A stretch of DNA of 64,000 nucleotides, taken from assembly GCA_016935525.1 (NCBI GenBank), contig JAFGQU010000022.1:12471-76470 (forward strand), read 5' to 3'. Positions 9,307 through 19,000 of this stretch are shown here, piece by piece. This DNA comes from Candidatus Omnitrophota bacterium. GTDB taxonomy: Bacteria > Omnitrophota > Gorgyraeia > Duberdicusellales > 4484-171. The position numbers and the translations under genes were made by a program. Numbering within the stretch: position 1 is the stretch's first letter; every line of letters starts with the position of its first letter. The notes under the pieces were generated by a model. That model had not been told where the DNA came from. It saw nothing but the letters and a program-made list of their open reading frames with translations, and searched no databases.

Positions 9307-10257
9307 TCAGTCGGCGTCGGTATCAACAAGACTTTCGTAAAATTCACGATAGTTTTCTTTATGCTCGCTATTCCTCAGTGCCATCGCGGCCCGGGGATGT
9401 TCGTTCATCATTCCGGCGATCGCATAAGGAATGATATAGCCCCATTCGATCTTTTCGCGTAACGGAACGAATTCTTTAGAGATCAAATCGAGTATCGGGC
9501 GGATATCGAATTTAGGGTTTTTCAGGAATCCGATCAATAATTCCAGTGGACAATTGCCTGCGGCCCGGCCGATGCCGTATATCGTCGCATCAAGATAATT
9601 CGCACCGTGCATGATCGCCTCGATGGTATTACCGAACGCCAGTTGTTGATGGTTATGCCCGTGAAACCCGACTTCCCGGGTTTTCAGTATTTCTTTGAAT
9701 TTTTTTACCAGCCACTCTACCGGTTCCTGATACAGCGCTCCGAAACTGTCGACAATATATACCGCCTGGACTTTACTCTCGCTTTCGATCTGCTGTAACG
9801 CTTCATCGAGTTCCGGCCCCTGGTCACGTGAAATAGCCATGACGTTAATGGTCGTTTCATACCCTTTCTCGGCAAAATGATTTACCATAAAGATCGCCTT
9901 ATCGATATCTTTTACGTAAGAAGCGACCCGGATCATATCTACCGGGCTCTCGCTTGCAGGTTTGACATCATCGATCTCTACCCGGCCCACATCGACCATT
10001 ACCGATAGTTTCGTATGCGATTCGATCCCTTTGGTTATCTTGAGAATATCCTCGTCATCACAGAACTTCCACGGTCCGTATTCTTTCGCAGAGAACAATT
10101 CCCGCGAATTCTTATAGCCGATTTCCATATAGTCTACACCGGATTCGGAGATTGCTTTATAGACCGCGCGTACCAGTGTAGGGTCAAAATCATGGTTATT
10201 GATCAATCCGCCGTCACGGATCGTGCAATCAAGCACTTTAATTTCGGGACGATACAT
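9307..10257 (-). CDS. DRE-TIM metallolyase, 4-hydroxy-2-oxovalerate aldolase-like
   Basis: LDCTIRDGG, YIVDSFG, GFHGHNHQQLAFGN, GIGRAAGN; AAGGAG RBS before MYRPE. Confidence 0.82.
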   Translation of the reverse strand: MYRPEIKVLDCTIRDGGLINNHDFDPTLVRAVYKAISESGVDYMEIGYKNSRELFSAKEYGPWKFCDDEDILKITKGIESHTKLSVMVDVGRVEIDDVKPASESPVDMIRVASYVKDIDKAIFMVNHFAEKGYETTINVMAISRDQGPELDEALQQIESESKVQAVYIVDSFGALYQEPVEWLVKKFKEILKTREVGFHGHNHQQLAFGNTIEAIMHGANYLDATIYGIGRAAGNCPLELLIGFLKNPKFDIRPILDLISKEFVPLREKIEWGYIIPYAIAGMMNEHPRAAMALRNSEHKENYREFYESLVDTDAD

Positions 10258-10414
10258 AGTATACTCCTTTTTAGTTTGTGTGTTCGCCCGTGCTTGGTTT
10301 CCCGCCACAGGCGGGATTCCCGTTCCCAAACACGGGGTAACGGGTACACGGGCTCACTTAATTCATAATCATAAAATTATACCTGTAAAATATGAAATTC
10401 CAAGCACTAATGCA

Positions 10415-10523
10415 GTCGATGGTCCATGGCCGATAGTTAATAGTCAATAGTCAATAGTCGAGAGTCGATAGCCTATGGACTACGGACTATGGACTATGGA
10501 CCACAGACTATGGTCTATGGACT
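10415..10523. repeat. Inverted heptamer tandem array (AGTCAAT / GACTATG)
   Basis: agttaat-agtcaat-agtcaat-agtcgag-agtcgat followed by ggactac-ggactat-ggactat-ggaccac-agactat-ggtctat. Confidence 0.85.
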
Positions 10524-10747
10524 GAATCAAAAAGCTGAAGGAGAAAAAGGGCAAAAAGCGAAAAAGTTATCAATATCTGGCAGCCAAGGACCATTATATA
10601 AGGCAGAAAGTCTTTTTTTCGTTTATAACGTTTATAACGTACGCCTCCCCGTACCTGAGCGCTTCCAGTACGGATGGTATCGCAGACGGCTTTAGCCATA
10701 TAAAGGGCGCAAAGCAGAAGTAGCAAAAGGATTCCGAGTGTATCCAT
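10508..10747 (-). CDS. Small hypothetical membrane protein (2 TM)
   Basis: Two hydrophobic segments flanking a basic loop. Confidence 0.5.
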   Translation of the reverse strand: MDTLGILLLLLLCALYMAKAVCDTIRTGSAQVRGGVRYKRYKRKKDFLPYIMVLGCQILITFSLFALFLLQLFDSVHRP

Positions 10748-10775
10748 GAGGTATAGGATTTAAGGCTTTTCAGTT

Positions 10776-11138
10776 TCAGACCGAATAAAAAAGCAGTATC
10801 CCGATTGCGATCATTCCCAGAGCGAGCATACGTGAAGAAAACGGCTTATTGGGGATGATTCTCTCCGAGAAGCTTAAAATGGGTTTTCGGGCAAAGATTA
10901 TGGCTGTCCCTTTTAAGAGGCTGATAATACCGAATATAACCATTACTATCGGCAAAGCCGCGTTTTGAATGTTGAGGATAAAGATTATTCCGAAAAGAAG
11001 GGCCCCAAGCGCGCCAAAATAGAATTTTGTGCCTTGTTTCCAGAATTCCAGAATAGACCGGATAAGTTGAGGTTTTACGAGAAATAAACTGCCTTCAATC
11101 ACTAAGCTGATTGCCAAAAGCTGAATCATTATTGTCAT
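10776..11138 (-). CDS. Membrane protein (DUF2065-like, 4 TM)
   Basis: AGGAGG RBS; LVIEG.LFL..P motif; four hydrophobic helices. Confidence 0.7.
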   Translation of the reverse strand: MTIMIQLLAISLVIEGSLFLVKPQLIRSILEFWKQGTKFYFGALGALLFGIIFILNIQNAALPIVMVIFGIISLLKGTAIIFARKPILSFSERIIPNKPFSSRMLALGMIAIGILLFYSV

Positions 11139-11474
11139 ACCGATCCTCCTTTTTTAAGGTGAGAGACTGCATCCTGACTTTTGTTTTCTCATCGATTATT
11201 CCTGGGATATCGGTACCTTCTCATGTACTAGTATAGCAAATATTTTCTATTTTTATAAATAAATATTACCCAGCGAAGATTTTTGTCCGGAATTATTTTT
11301 ATAAATTATTGTAAATGAATAAGTTACGTACACAACTATTTGTGCATTATTAGCCAGATTCAGGGGTTTGTTTATATAAGTACTTGTAGCACAATGTCTT
11401 ACGTTTAAAATATACTTGTAATCTCTCCCAGGATTGTAGTATATTTAAAGTGGAAGGGAAAAGGGGGGATAGTT

Positions 11475-11825
11475 ATGTTGAAAATGTTAAACATTATCAC
11501 ACCGACGTATGGGCACCAGGCCAATATCACCCAGAGTTTACGCGGGGCTGATAAGTTACACGATGTATACCCTCGGATCCGGGTGAATTCTCCGCCTAAG
11601 GTGACTCATACCGCAGGGCGTACAATTAAAGAAGAATTTGAGGTGAAAGACGCTGATGTGCTGAAAGGGTATGATCCCGGTCAATATTCCGGTTATCAGG
11701 GGATCAATCTCGATTCCGGGATCAACCTGAAACCGGCAATAAACCCTGTAGGTACTAATTTTATGCCTATATACGGGTTTACCGGGCCGGGAAGTATCGG
11801 AGGCTGGCTTAATATATACGCTTAA
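11475..11825 (+). CDS. Hypothetical protein, the only plausible plus-strand gene
   Basis: Purine-rich RBS (AAGGGGGGA) and AT-rich upstream region; fills an otherwise empty gap; ends in GGWLNIYA. Confidence 0.6.
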   Translation: MLKMLNIITPTYGHQANITQSLRGADKLHDVYPRIRVNSPPKVTHTAGRTIKEEFEVKDADVLKGYDPGQYSGYQGINLDSGINLKPAINPVGTNFMPIYGFTGPGSIGGWLNIYA

Positions 11826-12011
11826 CTAAGGATCTCCTTGAGCCATATTTCCGAAAGAGGCCTGAAAGCCATTTTTATATCTCAATTCCTCTTTTTGTGA
11901 ATAATCTCCGCTTGAGTTATCCACAGCGGTTGGATCCGGAGACTCCCGGGCATACCTCTCTTATCTAAATCCCCTATTTTTAAAGTGTACATAAGCCGGT
12001 TTTTTGGGTAA

Positions 12012-12794
12012 TCAGGGGTGGTAACGTGTACAGGTCTCTTCATTGTGAATAACTTCCATTTCAGTGAGATATTTCCAATACCGTTTCGGCATGAACTGCC
12101 GCTGTAATCGTACATTTTTACGGTCTTTTATCGCAATATTCTTAAAGTATTCCTGCCATATTTTTTGATGTTCGGCTTCTTTGAAAGATAATTCAGGAAC
12201 CCTATAGTTTTTTACGTCAAAAATACGGGGATATGTAAGGTTGTGAATCGCTATCTTTTTTCTCTTAATATCATGGATAAACCATTGTTTCTGGGGCAAC
12301 CTTTGAGAAAAATGCCTTATAATAAGGGGTAATACATAATGGTCGGTCTCAATCGGAGCATACAGCCAGCCATCCTGAAGTTCCCGGAACCGTACCAATC
12401 CTCTCATCCGATGGGCTTCTACGCTTACTTTACGGGCATGATCATGGATAAACTTTACCCTCTCATCGGAAAGGAAATAATCAAGCTTTTTTTGAGTCTC
12501 AAATCCCAGCCGGACATATCGATAAATCGCCATTTCTTTATGCTGAACGGAAGACAAAAATACCCGGAATATATGGTCCAATGACCGGCGAACGAGGACC
12601 TTTTCGAGGGTATTCAAAAAATCGGCAGTTTCTGCTGGATCGGTCGTAATGGTGATGATTTTATCAAACAGGCCGGGTCGATAGGATCCTTTCGGACAGA
12701 TATTTCCCGGTTTTTCTCGTTTTTTTTCGATGACCGAAAGAGCCGTCAAGAGGCCCGTATACGTCCCGTCATAAAGATAGATCTTTCTTTCCAT
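12012..12794 (-). CDS. TIGR03915/DUF4130 putative DNA metabolism protein
   Basis: YLYDGTYTGLLTA, EAHRMRGLVRF, HFSQR, WQEYFKNIAI..RKN..LQRQFMPKRYWKYLTE. Confidence 0.92.
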   Translation of the reverse strand: MERKIYLYDGTYTGLLTALSVIEKKREKPGNICPKGSYRPGLFDKIITITTDPAETADFLNTLEKVLVRRSLDHIFRVFLSSVQHKEMAIYRYVRLGFETQKKLDYFLSDERVKFIHDHARKVSVEAHRMRGLVRFRELQDGWLYAPIETDHYVLPLIIRHFSQRLPQKQWFIHDIKRKKIAIHNLTYPRIFDVKNYRVPELSFKEAEHQKIWQEYFKNIAIKDRKNVRLQRQFMPKRYWKYLTEMEVIHNEETCTRYHP

Positions 12795-14081
12795 TCAAAA
12801 TTCTCCGTGGAGCACCGAAGCGATTTCTTCCTTTTTTCCCTGTATAAAAAAATTAAGTTGTGGTGAAGAATTTTGCAGGGCGGGTCTTTTTTCAGGGGCC
12901 AGTCGTTCCCGGATATCTTCGGGAGTGAAAGGGATATCGCCATGATATTTCCCTTTTACCGTAATGAAATATTGAGCCCGTTTGAGCGATATTCTCATCT
13001 TTTTCAGGTCTTCGATCCGTAAAGATTTTACTTGCCGGGTGAGGACTATTTTATATGCCCCCTGTACCCCTATCCCCGGGACGCGTATCAGCGTCTCATA
13101 ATCAGCACGATTTATCTCTACGGGAAATTTTTCCGGATGACGTAATGCCCAACTCGCCTTGGGATCGACTTCCAGATCAAGGTGCGGAGTGTTTTTCGTA
13201 AAGAGTTCCCGTCCGTCGAACCCGTAAAACCGGATCAGCCAATCAGCCTGATAGAGGCGGTGTTCACGTAACAACGGGATAGCGGTGGTGAGTGCCGGGA
13301 GATTTTTCGTGGTGTTTACCGGTACATACGCCGAATAGTAGACCCTTTTCAAATGGATTGATTGATAGAGCCATTGACTTAACCCCATGATCTCCAGGTC
13401 CGTTTCCGGAGTAGCTCCGATGATCAATTGAGTGCTTTGGCCGGCCGGAGCATATGCCGGTACTTTTTTATGCTTTTTCCGTAACGCGATCATCGAACGT
13501 ATCGAAGTGTCGAGCCTTTTCATCGGGCCGATGATCTCGGGCATTTTTTTATCCGGGGCAAGAAGAGCGAGACTTTTTTGGGTAGGTAATTCGATGTTTA
13601 CGCTTACCCGGTCGGCGTACCGCCCGGCGATCTCCAAGAGACGCGGTGAGGTCCCGGGGATGATTTTAAGGTGGATATATCCGCCGAACTGACGGCGTCC
13701 GCGCAACTGGCGCACTATCTCGATCATCCGTTCCATCGTATAGTCGGGAGTTTTAATGACCGCCGAACTCAAAAATAATCCTTCAATATAGTTTTTTTCA
13801 TAAAAATCTACGGTAAGATCGATGAGTTCACGAGGTTCGAACGTTGCCCGCGGGATATCGTTACTACGCCGGTTTACGCAATAGGCGCAATCATAGATGC
13901 ATACGTTGGTCATCAGTATTTTTAATAATGAAATGCATCGTCCATCGGACGACCAGCTATGACAGATCCCGCCCAGGACAGTCATTCCCAGTTTATTTTT
14001 TCGTTTTGCGCCGCTGGAGGAGCAGCTGACGTCATATTTCGCGCTTTCGGCCAGAATTTTAAATTTTTCTAACGTATTCAT
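12795..14081 (-). CDS. Putative DNA modification/repair radical SAM protein (TIGR03916)
   Basis: AKYDVSCSSSG, CIYDCAYC, YIEGLFLSS, PAGQSTQ, REHRLYQADWL, HhH VPGIG; true start MNTLEK. Confidence 0.93.
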   Translation of the reverse strand: MNTLEKFKILAESAKYDVSCSSSGAKRKNKLGMTVLGGICHSWSSDGRCISLLKILMTNVCIYDCAYCVNRRSNDIPRATFEPRELIDLTVDFYEKNYIEGLFLSSAVIKTPDYTMERMIEIVRQLRGRRQFGGYIHLKIIPGTSPRLLEIAGRYADRVSVNIELPTQKSLALLAPDKKMPEIIGPMKRLDTSIRSMIALRKKHKKVPAYAPAGQSTQLIIGATPETDLEIMGLSQWLYQSIHLKRVYYSAYVPVNTTKNLPALTTAIPLLREHRLYQADWLIRFYGFDGRELFTKNTPHLDLEVDPKASWALRHPEKFPVEINRADYETLIRVPGIGVQGAYKIVLTRQVKSLRIEDLKKMRISLKRAQYFITVKGKYHGDIPFTPEDIRERLAPEKRPALQNSSPQLNFFIQGKKEEIASVLHGEF

Positions 14082-14088
14082 GATATAT

Positions 14089-14126
14089 AAAATACAAAAA
14101 CCTTCGCCGTTTTTAGCGAAGGTTTT
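14089..14126 (-). terminator. Intrinsic terminator-like hairpin just upstream of the radical SAM start
   Basis: Minus strand AAACCTTCGC-TAAAAACG-GCGAAGGTTT followed by TTGTATTTT. Confidence 0.6.
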
Positions 14127-14127
14127 A

Positions 14128-14304
14128 CTTGACCCAAATTGCGAAACAATTTGCCCGTAGGGCCGATCCCAAAACTGAAAGTTTTGGAACAGATCGGGGT
14201 CACCCTCTTGAGGGTATTCCATGATCTGCGAAGCAATTTGCCCGTAGGGCCGATCCCAAAACTGAAAGTTTTGGAACAGATCGGGGTCACCCTCTTTTGA
14301 GGGT
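14128..14304. repeat. 87-bp-period tandem duplication of a structured unit
   Basis: TGCGAA(A/G)CAATTTGCCCGTAGGGCCGATCCCAAAACTGAAAGTTTTGGAACAGATCGGGGTCACCCTCTT(TT)GAGGGT starting at 14140 and at 14227. Confidence 0.92.
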
Positions 14305-14358
14305 TTTCTGTCCAGGATTTAATCCTTCAAACACAGGACATTTATCTAATTATATATT

Positions 14359-14388
14359 TAGCTTATCGCGAGATCGGAAGATTGTCAA
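14359..14388 (-). promoter_or_regulatory. Sigma70-like promoter for the radical SAM leader
   Basis: Minus strand TTGACA-17nt-TAAGCT. Confidence 0.5.
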
Positions 14389-14427
14389 TATGGATTTGTA
14401 GTGTACATTCCCATCACAAGACTAATA

Positions 14428-14503
14428 AAATTCCAAATTACAACTTCCAATATCCAAATGGGTCTTGTTTGTAATTTGTAAATTGGTATTTGGAATTTGG
14501 AGA
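14428..14503. repeat. Inverted heptamer array (TCCAAAT / ATTTGGA)
   Basis: ttccaaattacaacttccaatatccaaat ... ttgtaatttgtaaattggtatttggaatttgga. Confidence 0.7.
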
Positions 14504-15952
14504 TTAGAATGTCGGCAACTCGGAATTTCCCATAAGATAGCGGTCGATATGATGTGCTGCCCGGCGGCCTTCAGAGATTGCCCAGACGATCAGGGATTGG
14601 CCGCGATGGGCATCGCCGCAGGCAAATATGCCTTTTTGCGAGGTCATAAACCTTTGGTCGGTCTGAGCGTTATTCCGGTTATCTTTTTTGATCCCGAGGT
14701 CGTCCAGTAATCCCTGTTGGGGATGTAAGAACCCTACCGCTAAAATGACCAGATCGGCATCAATATCGAATCCGCTGCCCGGTATTTCCTGCATGAGCGG
14801 ACAGGATTCGGGACTGTTCGGGTCTTTTTTAAATTCGACTTCCACACATTTGATTTTTTTGATCTCACCATTTTTTCCTACAAACTCTTTGGTGAGTACC
14901 GACCAATGACGGTTTCCTCCTTCTTCATGACTGGAAGAAGTTTTTAAAAGCATCGGATAGGCCGGCCAGGGATCGTTTTCTCTACGGCACTGAGGCGGTT
15001 GCGGAAGAAGTTCGATTTGAACCACGCAAGAAGCATCCTGACGATGGGCTGTACCCACGCAATCCGAACCGGTATCTCCTCCTCCGATCACTACTACCCG
15101 TTTACCCTGGGCGGTGATCATTTTTTCAGGAACAGTTATCCCGGCAATCCGGCGGTTATTCTGTATAAGATAATCCATCGCAAAATAGATACCGTTAAGG
15201 TCCCGGCCGGGAAGAGTGAGGTCCCGGGGAACCCGGGAACCGGTCGCGATACAGATCGCGTCAAATCTATTCCGTAACGTTTCGGGTTCGAGGTCTTTAC
15301 CGATTTCGATATTTGTCTCAAATCGGACTCCTTCTTGTTCCCATATCCGCAGCCGGCGGTCGATCACCTGTTTTTCCAGTTTAAAATCAGGGATCCCGTA
15401 GCGCAAGATGCCTCCGCATTTTTCATCTTTTTCATACACGGTTACCGTATGGCCGGCTTGATTTAGTTGTGCCGCACAACTCAATCCCGCCGGTCCCGAT
15501 CCGATTATCGCCACCTTTTTCCCGGTACGCGATTGCGGCGGGCGAGGCCGGATCAGGCCATGGGTAAACCCGTATTCAATGATCGAGAGTTCATTTTCCC
15601 GGATAGTGACCGGATCATCATTGATCCCTAATACGCAGGCATATTCACAAGGCGCCGGGCATACCCGTCCGGTAATTTCCGGAAGATTATTGGTTGTGCC
15701 TAACAGTTGTAACGCTTTTTCCCAACGCCCTGAGATCATCGCGTCGTTCCATTCCGGAATATAATTTCCGACAGGACAGGCCCAATGACAAAAAGGAGTA
15801 CCGCAATCCATACAGCGTGATGCCTGTTCGGCCGATTTCTCATCACTACGTAACAAAGACACTTCTTTATAATCTTTTATCCGTTCGCAGACCGGCCGAT
15901 ACGGTGTTTTTTCTCTTTTTGTCTTTAAAAACGCTTTTACGTCCTTCGCCAT
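14504..15952 (-). CDS. gltD: Glutamate synthase small subunit
   Basis: [56 protein letters not shown]. Confidence 0.96.
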   Translation of the reverse strand: MAKDVKAFLKTKREKTPYRPVCERIKDYKEVSLLRSDEKSAEQASRCMDCGTPFCHWACPVGNYIPEWNDAMISGRWEKALQLLGTTNNLPEITGRVCPAPCEYACVLGINDDPVTIRENELSIIEYGFTHGLIRPRPPQSRTGKKVAIIGSGPAGLSCAAQLNQAGHTVTVYEKDEKCGGILRYGIPDFKLEKQVIDRRLRIWEQEGVRFETNIEIGKDLEPETLRNRFDAICIATGSRVPRDLTLPGRDLNGIYFAMDYLIQNNRRIAGITVPEKMITAQGKRVVVIGGGDTGSDCVGTAHRQDASCVVQIELLPQPPQCRRENDPWPAYPMLLKTSSSHEEGGNRHWSVLTKEFVGKNGEIKKIKCVEVEFKKDPNSPESCPLMQEIPGSGFDIDADLVILAVGFLHPQQGLLDDLGIKKDNRNNAQTDQRFMTSQKGIFACGDAHRGQSLIVWAISEGRRAAHHIDRYLMGNSELPTF

Positions 15953-15967
15953 TGCTCACTCCGTTCG

Positions 15968-16057
15968 CTACACAGATGATCGCTGATTTTATACTGATGA
16001 GCGCAGATATTTGCATCTGTGATTATATGCTTCTCCAGTTTCTGTAGCAATCTGCGT
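15968..16057. repeat. Inverted (C)ACAGAT / ATCTGT(G) repeat element, related to 56485-56570
   Basis: cacagatgatcgctgat...cgcagat ... atctgtg...atctgcg. Confidence 0.65.
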
Positions 16058-16061
16058 ATAA

Positions 16062-19000
16062 TCAATCCGATACTTCGGTCAATCCTAATTTCTTGTCGAC
16101 ACCTTGCATTTCCAGGATCTTTTTATATTCTAACGGCATTATCTTTACGAATTTTTCCACACAATCGTTAAAATTATCCAATACTTTTTTGGCGACGGTA
16201 CTTTGAGTATATTTATAATGATTACTCACTAAAGAATGAATAAGTTGAGTATCATCCTCATGTAGGGTCTCAAATTTTACCATGCTCAGGTTACATTTTG
16301 CCCGGAAATCCTCTTCGGTATCCCATACATAAGCGATTCCTCCGCTCATTCCCGCGGCAAAGTTTCGCCCGGTACGTCCTAAGACCACTACCCGTCCCCC
16401 GGTCATATATTCACAGCCATGGTCGCCGACTCCTTCGACTACGGCATAGAGACCGGAATTACGAATACAAAACCGTTCGCCGGCAATCCCGCGGATATAG
16501 GCTTCGCCCGATATCGCTCCGTAAAAAGAAGTGTTTCCGATAATAATATTCTCCTGGGGAATATATTCGGCGTTACGGTCGGGATAGATGATGATTTTCC
16601 CGCCGGAGGTACCTTTGCCGACATAATCATTAGCCATGCCTTCTAATTCGAACGTGATCCCTTTCGCAAGCCAGGCTGCGAAACTCTGGCCGGCAATACC
16701 CCGGAATTTGATCTGGATCGTATCTTCCAGAAGCCCTTCTTCTCCGTAAAATCTACATACCTCACCGCTTAACATCGCTCCGGTAGTACGGTCGGTATTT
16801 TTAATCGATACTTCAAATTTTACCGGTTCGGAATTATTATTTAAAGTATACCGGCATAGATCGATAAGCTTTCGGTCAAGCACGCTGTCTATTCGGTGAT
16901 CCTGAGTACGTTGACAATAAGTGCCTACATCCGGCGGTACCTGCGGTTTATAGAGTATCCGCGAGAAATCGATCCGGGTCGCTTTCCAGGGCAGGATATT
17001 GGTATCGACTTCTAAAAGGTCGGTACGGCCGATAAGCTCATCGATCGTCCGTATTCCCAGAGAAGCCATGATCTCACGCAGTTCTTCAACAACAAAGTTA
17101 AAATAATTGACGATATGTTCCGGACGGCCCTGAAATTTTTTCTGCAAAAGATCATCCTGGGTCGCTATTCCTACCGAACAATTATTTAGATGACAATGCC
17201 GTAACATGACGCATCCCATTATAATCAATGTTGCGGTACAGAATCCGAATTCTTCGGCTCCCAGAATGGCAGCGATTGCGACATCTCTTCCGGTACGTAA
17301 TTGCCCGTCGGTCTGCAGGCGTACCCGTGACCGCAGGTCGTTTAAGACTAAGGTTTGATGCGTTTCCGATACCCCCAGTTCCCAGGGTAACCCGGCATGG
17401 CGGATAGAACTGACCGGAGACGCTCCGGTCCCGCCGTCTCCGCCGGAAATAAGGATCATATCGGAATGTCCTTTCGCTACGCCGGCGGCAATAGTGCCTA
17501 CTCCGATTTCCGAGACCAGTTTTACGCTGATCCGCGCGTGCGGATTGGTGTTTTTCAGATCAAAAATAAGTTGAGCCAGGTCTTCGATCGAGTAAATATC
17601 ATGATGCGGCGGCGGTGAGATTAAAGTGACCCCTGGTGTCGTGTATCTGGTTTTCGCGATGGTAGGCGATACTTTATGACCGGGCAGTTGTCCTCCTTCG
17701 CCCGGTTTCGCTCCTTGAGCGATCTTTATCTGCAATTCGTCGGCATTCGTAAGATAGTTTGTGGTTACTCCAAACCGGCCGGACGCGACCTGTTTTATCG
17801 CGCTGCGCCGAGAATCTCCGTTAGGATGAGGGATAAACCGTGCGGGGTCTTCGCCTCCTTCACCGGTATTTGATTTTCCACCGAGCTTATTCATGGCGAT
17901 TGCCAGGGTTTCATGGGCGCCCCGGGAAATAGAACCGAAACTCATCGCTCCGGTAGCGAACCGTTTAAAAATATCTTCTTTCGGTTCGACCTCATCGATA
18001 GGGATAGTCTCAGACCTCTTGAATTTCAGCAGACTGCGTAATGTCGTCGGCTGTGCCGATTGATCGTTGATCAGGCGGGCAAATTCCCGATATTTCTGAG
18101 GATCGTTTTTACGGGTAGCGTCCTGCAGGGCGGCGATACTGTGCGGGTTCCAGAGATGGAACTCTCCGTCCCGTTTCCACTGGTAAAGCCCTCCGGTATC
18201 CAAAAGTGCGTTATACCCTGAACGTTGTGGGTAAGCATTGTGGTGTCGAAGAATCGTCTCGCGCGCGATGATCTCGAAATCCACTCCGCCGATACGGGAT
18301 ACCGTACCGGTAAAACTCCTTTCGATCACTTCATCGGCAACGCCTAAGGCTTCGAATATCTGAGCCCCGCGATAACTCTGTAACGTAGATATACCCATTT
18401 TGGAAAGGACCTTTTTGATACCTTTATCTATCGCTTGTATATAATTTTTTTTGGCCGTCGGGATATCCAGTTCCAGCTCCCCTTCTCTCTCGAGATATTC
18501 GATCGATTCAAGAGCAAGATAGGGGTTTATTGCGCCGCACCCGTAACCGAAAAGTAACGCAAAATGGTGGACTTCCCGCGGTTCGGCGCTTTCTAAGATC
18601 AACGCGATCTGAGAACGGGAGGTTTTCCGTACCAGATGGTGGTGTACGGTCCCGATAGCCAGTAGTGCCGGTATGGCCGCGTGATCCTGGTTGAATCCGC
18701 GGTCACTTAACACGATAAACGTATATCCTTCTTTAATCGCCGCCTCGGATTCCCGGCAGATCGCGTCAAGACGTTTCATGAAATTATCGGAAGAATCGGC
18801 TTTAAACAGCAACGAAACCGTTTTGGTCTTAAATCCTTTCTCTTTAATATTTTTTATGAGAACAAGGTCTTCATCGGTAAGGATCGGGTGCGGCAGGTGG
18901 ACTCGCCGGGCATGAGCTTCGGTCTCATCGAGAAGATTGCGCCGTGAGCCCATAAAACATTCCAGGCTCATCACGATCTCTTCGCGGATCGGATCGATTG

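Noticed and set aside
11882-12115. 77-aa minus-strand ORF
   Set aside because: Overlaps the DUF4130 gene by about 100 nt, with no RBS or motif
14082-14290. N-terminal extension of the radical SAM ORF and the 70-aa ORF with an internal repeat
   Set aside because: Products of the 87-bp duplication; family homology starts at MNTLEK
14140-14304. Possible CRISPR array, tRNA or c-di-GMP riboswitch
   Set aside because: Only two ~76-bp units with an ~11-nt gap and no cas genes; lacks tRNA T/D-loop consensus and the c-di-GMP-I GCAAA core
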